A DNA stretch of 63,298 nucleotides, filler included, from Conidiobolus incongruus B7586 (Eukaryota): the NCBI GenBank assembly GCA_000697335.1. It is 6 parts of 6 records of this genome, joined end to end, with 100 filler letters (N's around TTAATTAATTAA, not from the genome) between each part and the next. Parts side by side here need not be neighbours in the genome. Positions count along the whole stretch, not along the records: positions 36,730 to 46,023 come from JNEM01006450.1; positions 46,124 to 59,975 come from JNEM01006451.1; 4 more parts are not named here. One strand, 5' to 3'. The first letter of the stretch is position 1. The number at the start of each line of letters is the position of its first letter. The position numbers and the translations under genes were made by a program. This document shows positions 39,404-51,433 of this stretch, piece after piece. The notes below the pieces were generated by a model that was not told the origin of the DNA, ran no database searches, and saw nothing but the letters and a program-made list of their open reading frames with translations.

Positions 39404-41296
39404 TTTTGGACTATCTAATAAATTGGTATTGAGTACTTTTGATTCATTTATAAAATTATTCCATTAATCTGATAAATGAACTTTTGTAATCAATTTTTTA
39501 GTTTGGAAGAAAATTTGATCACACGTATTAGAATAATAACGTATTAATAGTTATACTGTTTCGTAAAACTTTGATAGAATTTAAACTCCGACATAGACTA
39601 TTTAAAGATTATTATTGGATAATATATCTGTATCAATGATGTTCAAATCATTTGACTAAGTAAGAAATACCGCTTATATTATATCTTATAAAAAGGTATT
39701 GTTATAATTTATTTTCCCGAAAAATAATTGTTTTTAATAAATTTTCAGATATCATCAAGATTCTGATACCAATATTTTTTATTTAACATAATTAAAAAAT
39801 TCAAAAATCATTTAATTATGACCTAATTTTAATATAAATTAATAATATTTTAAAATTATTATTCGCTCAGTAATTGGTTTATTAAATTTTTTAACTTTAT
39901 AACATTCATAACATAAATTTTTCCATAATAGATATCCCCAGGTAAATTTTATTAAATATAACCAAAATAATATTAAATAATTTGACTATATTGATTTATA
40001 TAATGAAAAATTAATTATTATTTCATTATATATAAAAAAGATAAAAATGATAGAAAAATATTGAATATTTTATTTTTTTTAATAAACTTAAAAAATTCAG
40101 ATTAAAAAATTAATAAAATAGTAATTAGTAAATTTCATTGTTATAATATATTTTTTTAAATGAGTATAAAACCTTTCAAATATAAATCAATCAATTATAG
40201 AAATTTTTATCATTGAAAAATATCACTATAAACAATTAAGCATTTTTTGTTGAAATTTTAATTATTATTAAGTTATTACAAGTAAAATCTCAATATAATA
40301 ATAATAACTAATTACTAATTTTGATTGATGGATCCCAGAATTAGTTTATATATATCAAAATATAATTGTCAATTGATATATTATATACATTTTTTATTAT
40401 CATAAAAAAGCAATATATGTAGTTTAATATGAACTATATTTTGAATTATTAATTTATAATATCCAAATAATCATTGGTTTAATTACAATCCTAGTATACA
40501 TTATTAATCTTGTGACTAACTCATATTATTCATATTTAAAGGTTTTACCTGTTATTATACTTATTAATACTCATCCAAATAATTATGATAATTTAAATAA
40601 ACTAAATAAAAATATTGATTTATTTTATTACATAAATAAATAAAATTATTATCAATTGATTGATACTATCCTATAATAAATATATTATTATATAATATAT
40701 TTATTAATATTATAATTTTTAATATAATTGATTTTAGACTAGCTATATATAAGTTAATTCAAAATAATAATATTAAGTATTATTATTATTTTTATGATAT
40801 AAAAATAAGAGAATTATATAAACAATTAAAGCTGATATTAATTTTAAATGATAATGATTGATTAATAAGAATGGATATATACAAATTGAAAAATAATCCA
40901 ATTTATATTATCAAAATTTAATGAGAATTGTGAACCATTAGGTTGATAGAATTTTTATGGAAGTTCTTTAATCCAGAGAGTGTCACAGTTCTCAGTGGCA
41001 TCATCACTGAAATCATGATCTACAGGGAATTGTCACCAATCCATAACCCGCACAGCTAGAACTGTGCTGTATACTGGTGGATGAACCACTAATAAATAGA
41101 AATATATTAAAGTAAATAAGTAAGGTTTATTGTAGATATTGCGGATAATAACAAGTCGAGGCTTAGTTATTATACCAAAGATGGTATTTATACGGTAATA
41201 CCAGTATTGAGATTGAGTCATATACACATGATATAATTCTATTGGCTGGATGATAGGAGAAACACGATCAGATCCGTCAAGGAGCGACTAGACTAA

Positions 41297-41367
41297 GCAA
41301 TGGTGGTTTAGTGGTATAATTACCGCCTGCCACGCGGTAGACCGGGGTTCGATTCCCCGCCATTGCA
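41297..41367 (+). tRNA. tRNA-Gly(GCC), intronless
   Basis: GCAATGG/CCATTGC acceptor stem plus A discriminator. D-arm GTTTAGTGGTATAAT, anticodon arm ACCGC-CTGCCAC-GCGGT, T-arm CGGGG-TTCGATT-CCCCG. T-run terminator ~15 nt downstream. Confidence 0.97.
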
Positions 41368-42601
41368 CTCAATATGAAAATATTTTTTTCGGTTTGAATT
41401 CACTTTTATAATCCACTCTCAAATAATTTCAGTCTCAAGTAAATTAATACTTGTTGATTATAATATCAATGACTTGAATTGATTTTCAATTTTTAAATTA
41501 TACTTTTAAGATATTTAAATTTTTATTAGTATTAATAAATTTCTATAAATTCAAAATAATACAATTACTAATAAAGGTAAATTTGGTGAATATTCAATAC
41601 AAACTCAAACTTATGAAAATTATATAAATTTTCGATTAAGAACAAAATTTACTTTACCTTTATATCAATTTAATAATTCAATTTTTATTCAAATTCCTCA
41701 ACAATTATTTAATTAAAATTAAATTTTATATTAAATAAAATATTTTACTAAAATAAGTTTAATCTTTTATTAATTTATAATAAATATTATTGGTTTAAAT
41801 TATTTTAAATTTATTTATTAATTATATATTATTACTTTTTTAAAATTAATTGGAATTAATTAATATTTTTCAATATTTTAATTAATAGATTAAATTTAAT
41901 TGATATAAATTGGTATCTTTTATATTAAAAAAAATTATTTTATTTTCTTGTAAAAGGATTCGATTTAATATTCAAGAAATAAATTTAAATTTGAATATTT
42001 AAATAAAATATAAATTAATCATTATTAAATATAAGTTACTCTATATTTCAATATTATTTTGATCAATTAATTTATAATAAACATATTTTTTATCTTATGT
42101 TAAACAATCCCTATTATAATCAATTCACAAATTATTGTCACTTCGAATAAATAGAATTGTATATATATATATTAAAATTAAAAACTAATTGATATGATAT
42201 TTTGAAAGTATTATTAATTCAAAATTTATCCTATGTTGAATTTTAGATTATATATTTAAATCACAATATTTATGATTTGTTAATATTTGAATTAAAAATG
42301 CTATTTATAATAGGAGATTCTTAAATTATATATATATAATTTTAATTATTCATAAATCAAAAAAGAATTAAAATTTTTTATAATTTTTTTCTGTAAATAT
42401 TCTTAAAAATTGATTTTATATAATTTTAATAATAACTAATCAATTTAATAAATTAATACTTTTAATATTATACAAATTTGAAAATTAATTTATATAAAAA
42501 AATTATTTTGAATAACTAATAATTCACTATATCATTCAGTTTATCGATTTTTAAAATTTAATACTAAATCAAAAATTAGATATTAATGATATATCAGAAT
42601 T

Positions 42602-43950
42602 CAGCCATTTATAATAGAAATGTCTAACTTGGATAGTTTATACCTAATGATCTAAGTTTTTTCTAATTTGTTCTTTCATATCGCGATCCTTGACTCTTAC
42701 ATGTCTTTGGTTTGCTGCGTTGAGGTGATATTGTTGAATGCTTTGACAATGGTTAGCCACACCAAGTTATACTTAAGAATGAATTGTTCGTCGATAGGTA
42801 CGATAGGGATTTTGAGATAAGGACGCATGGGGAGACATTTATCTAGTGCTAGGAATTAGGTGACTTGGAGTTCGGTGGATGGAGTGGTGGGGAATTTGAA
42901 ACGTTTGGGATTTCTCTCTAGTGTGGCATCATATTCGTGAGTTTGAGGTAGTATCGTCTTAGTGATCGGTGTTGGTGAATTGATATCAATAGTGTCTGGA
43001 TTGGATTGATCTTATTGCAGTATCATCAACTTCATCATTATTTTTAGTAATCTGAATATTTTTAGTCTTAGGTTCTAAATCATCAAGATCAATAATATCT
43101 GCATTAATCACATCAGTGCGTAAATTCTCCTTAATTTGATGAGGAATAAGTTTACCAAAGCTACAGTACATATGACTTGACAGTCACCACTTTGGTTTCA
43201 AAACTTTCAACAGATACATTGCTGGGGGATTTCTAAGCTCGCCCTTATTGATATCCTCCCTAAAGAAAGGCTTCCATCTGATTAAGTTCGCAAGATCTCC
43301 ATATTGTTCAATTCTCTGAGGCCGATCATGTCTTAAAAACAAGTCAATTATAGATTGACAACAATTGAATTTTGAAATTTGAAATCTTCTAACGTGATAA
43401 TCACTTGTCAAATGATTAGAATTGTAGGGTACAGCCTCAAAATAACCTATTAAACTGTTAAATAAAATCATTTAAGTAGTTATAGTTTATCGTGTCTTTC
43501 AAACAATTTCCATAATTATAAATTCAACTCAATCCTCCAATTGTCAAACTTCCAAACTCTATTACGTTAGCCAACCCTAAATAATAAATATTCCCACATA
43601 ATCAGCCTTCGTATACCAACTCTTGAAAGTAGTTACTAGCTTCGTGATTCCTTCCAATAACCAGTGTTAGAAATGGTATCTTCTTCTCTCCGGAGTAATA
43701 CTTGAGAAAATCTCCAAGCCCCCGATACTTTTTGGGAGCAGACATACATTCTAAGTCTTCGGGATTTCTAGCAGCTTGAAAGTCACCGGTTGTTATAACA
43801 AGATCGGAGATTAGGATACCTGGAACATTGGATACTATTGTACATGGCATCTAGTTTGCTGTGACTGCATCCTAATATAGTTATCTAAATGAGAATTTGA
43901 ATATTTATTTTTACTTAATATATTAATTGGAATAAAATTTTACCTTTTAT
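42602..43950 (-). pseudogene. DBR1: RNA lariat debranching enzyme pseudogene (intron-containing)
   Basis: Motifs in order: [142 protein letters not shown]. Multiple stops and frameshifts. Putative intron 43885-43943 (GT..AG). Confidence 0.92.
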
Positions 43951-44000
43951 ACTAAATCTTTTTATAATAATTATTTAAATTTAAAAAATTGAATTAAATA

Positions 44001-45306
44001 TTACTATAAAATCAAAGAAATGGGAAATTTTTTAATTTCTGATTTTTCATACTTATTATTAGTTTCAAATAAAAAAATATATACAAAACAAATGGGAAAA
44101 TAAATAATTTTGAATTATATATATATAATAATTTTTTTGATTAAAAAATTAATTTTTTAAAATTAATTGTTTAATTTAATCATGCTTAAACCAAATAATA
44201 ACCATCAAAAGTTTTTTATTTTAGTATTAGTAAAACTTAACCACAAACCCTCTAAAATCATTTAAAATTTACAAACAGCTTTTAATAATGAAGTATTATC
44301 TAAATTAACAATTTATTACTAGGTAAATTACTTAAAAATTAAGAAAAAAACTACTTAAAACCTACTAAAATCTAAAAGATTAATTTTAACTATCACTCTT
44401 TTAATTATTAATAAAGAGAAAAATTATATTAAAAAACACCTTTTTATTTTAGTTAAAGAACTATCAAAACACTTTAATATTAGTTATATAAGTATATTAT
44501 ATATATTAAAGTTTAAATTAAAATTAATTAATAAAAATATAAATTAAATACTTTATAATTTAACTAAAGCTTAAAAAAAAGCTAAAGTAGCTATTATTAA
44601 ACAAAACTTTCTAAAGTATAACTAGAAACTAAAACTTTTATAGTGAATTATTATAATTAAAAAATCTTAGATTTTTTTATATAATCTTTTACTAAAACAT
44701 AAATCAAAGTGTTAAATTAAGTTAAATTAACCTCCTTTATAAATTTTTTTAAATAAATACTTTATTGATAAGTGAATGTTAATTGTTATAATAGATTATA
44801 ATAGCATATATTATTTTTATTTAATTTTTAATAAAAAATTAATTAATAATAAACTTTATATTTTTTTTATATAAAACTATTTCTAATTGGTATTCTCAAT
44901 ATAATTTGAGAAAACTTATTATTTTGAATGATAATTATAAAATATATAAATTTAAAATCATAAAAACTTTCTAATTAAAAATAACTAGAAAAAACTACCA
45001 TATCTAATATATTCTTTAGATTATAACTTATGTAATTATAATAACTTTAAGCAATTAAAAAACTAGCTTATAAAAAAGAAAATTTTTACAAAAAAATTTA
45101 ATTGGTTTGTAAAATATCAAATTTTAGTCTTTAATAAAAAGAACTATTTTTTAAATATTAGATCTTTACTAAAAATATAGCAAAAAGTTATTAAAAATAA
45201 AAGAAATTATTAATTTTATAATATATATTTATTTTTACTTTTTTATATTACAATGTTTATTTTTTTTCAATCACAAAAAATTCCCATTATTTAAATTACA
45301 AAGTAA
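44001..45306 (+). mobile_element. Full-length (1306 bp) hypermutated mariner (DD34D) element
   Basis: TA on both sides, imperfect TIRs TTACT-N-AATGGGAA-TTTTT. Relic motifs after reverting C>T/G>A: *ILYNLT (WIPHNLT, i.e. WVPHEL), *IIIIKKS*IFLYN (RIITxDESWI), ILNDNYKIY (ILHDN..xH), LPYLIYSLDYNLCNY (LPHPxYSPDxxPCDY), IRSLLKI*QKVIKNKRNY (LPxRWQKVIxNxGNY). Confidence 0.88.
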
Positions 45307-46139
45307 TATTTTTAAAATTAATTACTTTAAAATTAGTTATTTAAATTTATTTTAAATTTATAAGTATAATTTATAGGTCAATTAAAAATTAAGTTCAAAT
45401 GTATTTGATTTTGATAATTTATGAATATCAATAATATTATTTAGTAAAATAAGCTATTGATTAGTTTATTATATTAAATATAATCAATATTTATAATTAA
45501 TTTTCAAGTGAATATCTCAATGAATATTTTAATAATTTAAAATTTTAAAATTTTTTTATTAATTATTTAAATTATTTTTTTAAAGAAATTTATTATATAT
45601 TTAATTATTTAATTATTTATCTTATAATGAAATCAAAGTATATTAATGATAAAAATATGATTTTAAATTAATTATAATAATTTATAATCAATTAGTTTTT
45701 AAATAAATAATTTAAAAATATGTCACTATAAGTTAATTAATATTAAAATTAAAATATTTGATAAAATATTAAATTATAATAGATTTTAATTAATAATTAT
45801 ATTATATTATATTATATTATATTATTTAATATATTATTACTTTGAATTTGAAATAATGAGAATTTTTAAATTTTGATTTTTCAAACATATTATTAATTTT
45901 AAATAAATAAATATACACAAAATAAATAATAAATAATAAATATATCTAATAATATTTTGATTAAAAAATTATCTTTTAAAATTGGTTATTTAATTTATTT
46001 ATATTTATATTAAATAATAAATANNNNNNNNNNNNNNNNNNNNNNNNNNNNNNNNNNNNNNNNNNNNTTAATTAATTAANNNNNNNNNNNNNNNNNNNNN
46101 NNNNNNNNNNNNNNNNNNNNNNNAAAAAAAAATTATTTA

Positions 46140-46646
46140 AAAATAAGTTTTATACTATTTTTTTAAATAAAAGTATTTAAAAATAAGTTTTATATTACTT
46201 TTTTAAATAAAAGTATTTTTAGTTAGAATTTTTAAAATAATTTAAAAAAACTTATTATTTTATTTAATAATTATAAAATATATAAATCTAAAACTATAAA
46301 AAAAATATTCTAATTAAAAATAATTAGAAAAAACTACTATATCTAATATATTCTTTAAATTATAACTTATTTAATTATAATGACTTTAAGCAATTAAAAA
46401 GCTAGCTTATAAAAAAGAAAATTTCTACAGAAAAATTTAATAAGTATATAAAATATTAAATTTTAGTCTTTAATAAAAAGAATTATTTTTTAGGTGTTAA
46501 AAGTTTGTTAAAAGTATCACAAAGAGTTATTAATAATAAAAGAAACTATTAAATTTATATTTTATATTTATTTTTATATGTTATATATCAAAATGATTAT
46601 TTATTTTCAATCACAAAAAATTCCCATTATTTAAATTATAGAGTAA
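46140..46646 (+). mobile_element. 3' part of a second mariner copy, truncated at the contig start
   Basis: Colinear with ~44850-45306, ending TCACAAAAAATTCCCATTATTTAAATTATAGAGTAA-TA. There is a ~40-bp tandem duplication at ~46140-46220. Confidence 0.87.
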
Positions 46647-49532
46647 TATTAATTAGATAATTAATTTAATATATTATAATCTATTTTTTTAAAAAAATTT
46701 TGATGTTGTATATTAATAAAATATAAAAATAAAAAAATAAAACCTTTTGTGTATATTATAGATATAATGTCTTATTAGTAGTTGATGATTGTGTATTTAT
46801 CAGAATTAAATAGTATTATATTTTTTTACTTGAATATGGCATTATGTACCAATAAAAACATATAATAATTATCAAATTTTTGAAGTTAATAGCAATTTTA
46901 TTAAATTTTTTAAAATAATAATTTTATATTATGAATTTAAAAATTGAGTAAAATATACACTTCTTAATCGAAATATGATATTATCTCATAATTATAAGTT
47001 CAATTTCTGATTAATTTTTTGAAATTAATCAAAATATTAATTTGGTAAATAGTGAATTGATTTTTTCAAATATCTTGGACAATAATATTGATCTGTATAA
47101 TTACGAAGCAATTACCAATTTTCATTAAAAGGCATATATTATTTGATATTTTAAAATCATAATCCATTACATTAAATATTGTGGATTCATTTAATTATGA
47201 AATAATTTTTTAAAAATAATAAATGTGGTCAAGTGATTTAGTAGTCGACAAGCCAAAGATAAAAAGCTAACAACTGTGGAGCATGACCTCACTTCTCTCT
47301 ACCAATTCGAAAGACCTCAAAAGCGCAAAAGAACTAAAGCCAATTCGAAAACTCAAAGACACTTCCATGACCCCAAGCTCAATAACTCAAGAAAGTACCT
47401 CATTATTAACAACGGAATCTCGTTAGAGTGCTAATAACTCGACACCTCCAACAAACTATTGAACTCTTTATAGGTAAGATCACTTCAGTTGAATTTGATA
47501 AATGTTCAAGAATTGTTAATGCTTAAAATTCTTTTGAAAATTAAGAGAATTCCAAATTGGATTAGAGTAAAAAAAATTGTGATTGTTTAATTTTTAAAAT
47601 AAGATTTAAATTAATTCAAATTGTGGGATCAACTCTGTTTTCCAATTGACTATTTACAAAAACTTTATCCAATATATTAAATTTCTAATTGGATTAAAAA
47701 ATAAGAATTATAATTAATAGCAACTTTCGATCAATATGCTTATATTTAAATTGAAATTTTTTGCGATTAATTACATAATGATTTTAATTATTATGTAAAA
47801 AGAATCTCTAATTTGATCCTAAATATTAATAAAAATGATTCAAAATTGAAATTATTTAATCCAATAATATTAATATTGTATAATACTGCCAATTAAAAAA
47901 TATATTCTATTTTAAACAATTGACTGGAAAAAATATACCAATAAAATCATATATTATATTGATTTCAATCACTATATGATCGTTATAGTATAGTAAAAGT
48001 GAATCCTAAAAAATATTTGAATTTTTATCAAATTTGATTTATATACTTGTTCAAATTGATTGTATCTTTAAATTCAAAATTATTAATCTATAAAATTGAA
48101 ATAATCTGGAAATTTAATAAAATTATTAAATATTTTCATTAACCTAATAAATAAATAATTATAAAAATTTTAATTTTGATATAGAAACAAGAGTTAAATA
48201 ATAAAAAATTTCAATTATTTTAATATATTATTTCTATTTTTTAATTTATTAAAAAATTTAAGGGATTGATTAAATATATTATATAAATAAATATATATAT
48301 ATAATTTTTTATGTGCGGAACAATCAGACTCCTTCCCCTAAGCAATTCAAAGAGATTACCTTATTCTGATCATGATGAGCTTTCAAACCACAAAAAGTTA
48401 TATTTATAATATACAAAATATATTACCTATAGAATTCTTCTTTGTCATTTCCTTATAATCAATAATTAATTTACTTGCTAATATAATTATATTAAATATA
48501 ACTAATATAACTAATATAACAATGAAAAAAATTATATTAAAATTATTGATTAAAAAATATTTCAATTTAACCAATCATATAATCTATATGAAAGTTAATA
48601 AAATATAAATATAAATTGTTTTAAGATCTTAATTACTTTGTAGATATGGATGAAATGACATTCATATAACAATTAGATCTGATAATTAGCCATATTATAA
48701 CTTTAATAGCATATATTATATTATGCAAATTTTTAAAATAAATTAATGGTATAATAAACAATATACTCAACATTTTATAAATCTCATTTTACTATATTAA
48801 ATAAAATTTTAATAATTAATTTAAATTTTTATTTTACCATTATATATATATTTCTTTAAAGTATTATTTATTTCAAATTCCCTTAATTTAAAAAAATTAT
48901 TTTTCAATTATATTATAATAATTAATATAAATATTTATATTGAGGAGTAGTTTAATAAATTAATAACCCTTTAATTTTAATTTTAATATTCAATATTTTA
49001 ATTATTTAATAATTCATTAATTCAATCAATTAAATAGTTATTAAAATATTAAACCTAGTACTATTATTATTTGAACAATTGTTAACACTTGAAATTTATG
49101 AAAAATTTATATTTTAAAGGTATTTACTTTGAATTCTCTATAATAATTATTTATTAAATATAAGATAAAAAAATATCAATAATCATTACATTACAGTAAT
49201 ATTTTACTTAATGGGATTATATTGATTCTTAACATTGAACTATAAATTCCTTTATTTTAGAAATAAATTAAATATTTGAAAAAATGATATGATCATTGAA
49301 ACTAACCTTAATTACAATTATATTTAAATTATTATTATATTAGAAACTATGATATGAATAAATTGAATAAAAATGAATTGATATGAAAATAATTTAAAAT
49401 TACAAAATTTAAAAAACAAAATATAAACTCTTATGAGAATTTATATGAATATAATATTAAAGAAATCATATTAATTTCTTGAAAAATTAAATTGATATTG
49501 ATAATACTTGATGAGTTGAAAATAATTAATAA

Positions 49533-51206
49533 TTAAGTTGCTATTTCTTTAGTTTCGCGCACTGGTTGATCAGCTTGAAGAACATCAGTTTGACACTTGT
49601 CCAAGTCGACATCTGGCAAGCCTAAAGCAATGATGAAGCAAACACATGCGAAGACTGTCGAAATGGTACACATAAGCCATTGACTATCACCTAAAGCGGT
49701 CATCCAGTTCTCCTTGATTTCTTCAGGCAATTTGGCTATTTTTTCAGTATCAGCAATAAGGTCAGGAATATTTTCATGAAAATTTTCAGGGAGATATTTA
49801 GCTAAATTCTTCGCTAGACTGTGATTCCAAATGGCAGCACCTACGGAACTGGCAACAGAAGTGAAGACGCTGGTAACGAGAGTGTCAACGGCGGAAATAT
49901 TAGCAATATCAGAGAAATCAACGGTAGATTGAAGGACGACTAAACCAGAACAAGCTGCAACACCAGCACCAGCACCAATAACAGCTTCAACAAACACTAC
50001 CAAGGCTTCTGGTGTATGAGGGTGACGCGAAGGAAGTGTAAGGCCAACGCCGATCGCGTTGACTACGATGGCACCCCATACAATATAGCGGACTTGGCGG
50101 ACCTTTCGAAGCACTATTGCACAAATGAAACCCAAGATGTACCAAGTGATGCGATAGCCTAAATTAATCATGGCGACATGAGCTGCACTGATTTCACGGA
50201 CCAAAGCCAAGTATGCATACATGTATTGCCAAGTGAGACCCGAGTCAAACATAAGGAATGCGCGAACGAGAATCATGACCATAGCTGCTCTGTTGCGTAA
50301 GAGACGGTAACTTACAAGTGAATGCTTGGTATATTTAATCTCCCAAATAATAAATCCTACAATAATGAAGGCCCCGAAAATGATGGGAACAAATATTGCT
50401 GGAGCAGCCCAGCCCTCTTCATAACGAACAACGAGGGTGAAGGGAGCAAGGATACAGCTCAAACCAGCGGTTAATAAAATAATACCAATCCAGTCGACTT
50501 TAAGGAGGGAGGCAGCCTTGTAATTGAAATTTGGTAATAAGCGTTTAGCTCTAAACTGTAAACGGAATAAGCCTAACAAGATAGGAGCACCAGTCAAAAC
50601 GACGAAAATAGCTTGGCAATTATACAACCAACGCCACTTGTCATCATTTTCGGCAGCAGAAATAACTGGAAGGGCAAGTCCAAGAGCAAGAAGACTAGGA
50701 AGCCAAGCTAAAATGAATCCAAAACCACGATTTCTAGGAGCAAGAAAATCGGCTAAAATAATAGGAACGATAAGAGCGCGACCAGTTTCACCAAGACCTG
50801 CAATGATGTAGCCAGCACTGTATACACCAAAGTTATTTGCAGTTCCAGTAATGACTGAGCCAATAATGATAATTAACAACGCAATAGTAAGCATGAGACC
50901 ACGTCCGTACACATCCGAGAGGGCAGCGAAAAGAGGGATGAACAAAATACCTAACAATGTATTCAAGGTTTGAACAATTGGGCCAATATCGAATGATTCA
51001 AAACTCGAAGAAATAATATAATCTAAGGAAAATATAGCGTTGGAAAGGATGGCGATGGTTAAACCCAACAGCAGAACACCAGTATAGATAGTCCAATTAT
51101 CTACATTATTACGAATTTGAGCCATCTTCAATACGATATTTTCGTTTGAATCATTTTGGGAATTTTGAATAGATTCTTCTTGATCTGTAGGTTTCAATTC
51201 ACTCAT
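49533..51206 (-). CDS. MFS siderophore-iron transporter (ARN/Sit1/Str/MirB family, ~14 TM), 557 aa
   Basis: FAALSDVYGRG (MFS motif A), IILADFLAPRNRG, WRW, VDWIGIILLTAGL..IL.PFTL....GW....I....I.G....VGF..WE, RLLRNR, GAAIWN..L.KNL.KYLP. These are hallmark features of the fungal siderophore transporter family. Confidence 0.9.
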   Translation of the reverse strand: MSELKPTDQEESIQNSQNDSNENIVLKMAQIRNNVDNWTIYTGVLLLGLTIAILSNAIFSLDYIISSSFESFDIGPIVQTLNTLLGILFIPLFAALSDVYGRGLMLTIALLIIIIGSVITGTANNFGVYSAGYIIAGLGETGRALIVPIILADFLAPRNRGFGFILAWLPSLLALGLALPVISAAENDDKWRWLYNCQAIFVVLTGAPILLGLFRLQFRAKRLLPNFNYKAASLLKVDWIGIILLTAGLSCILAPFTLVVRYEEGWAAPAIFVPIIFGAFIIVGFIIWEIKYTKHSLVSYRLLRNRAAMVMILVRAFLMFDSGLTWQYMYAYLALVREISAAHVAMINLGYRITWYILGFICAIVLRKVRQVRYIVWGAIVVNAIGVGLTLPSRHPHTPEALVVFVEAVIGAGAGVAACSGLVVLQSTVDFSDIANISAVDTLVTSVFTSVASSVGAAIWNHSLAKNLAKYLPENFHENIPDLIADTEKIAKLPEEIKENWMTALGDSQWLMCTISTVFACVCFIIALGLPDVDLDKCQTDVLQADQPVRETKEIAT

Positions 51207-51424
51207 TTTTAGTTAAAACTACATGATTTGAGAGCGTTACATATTATTATTTATATCACTCTATATCAATTAATTCCACATCGCATCATCAATGTATTAA
51301 GTAATATTAGCGGTATTTTCAACTAGTTTTATCCCCAATAATTCATATATTCCTTTTTTAACCGAAATTTAACACAATCTGGTACTTGGATTATTAAAAT
51401 CCAATCATTAAGATTCCATTTTGC

Positions 51425-51433
51425 ATCTGATAA
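51425..51433 (+). promoter_or_regulatory. ATCTGATAA, extended GATA site matching the iron-repressor (SreA/SRE/Fep1/Urbs1) consensus ATCWGATAA
   Basis: 219 bp upstream of the transporter ATG. The motif also occurs several times elsewhere in the window, so support is positional only. Confidence 0.45.

Noticed and set aside
42986..43850. Three separate ORFs (42986, 43184, 43602) as independent genes
   Set aside because: They are consecutive pieces of one DBR1 pseudogene.
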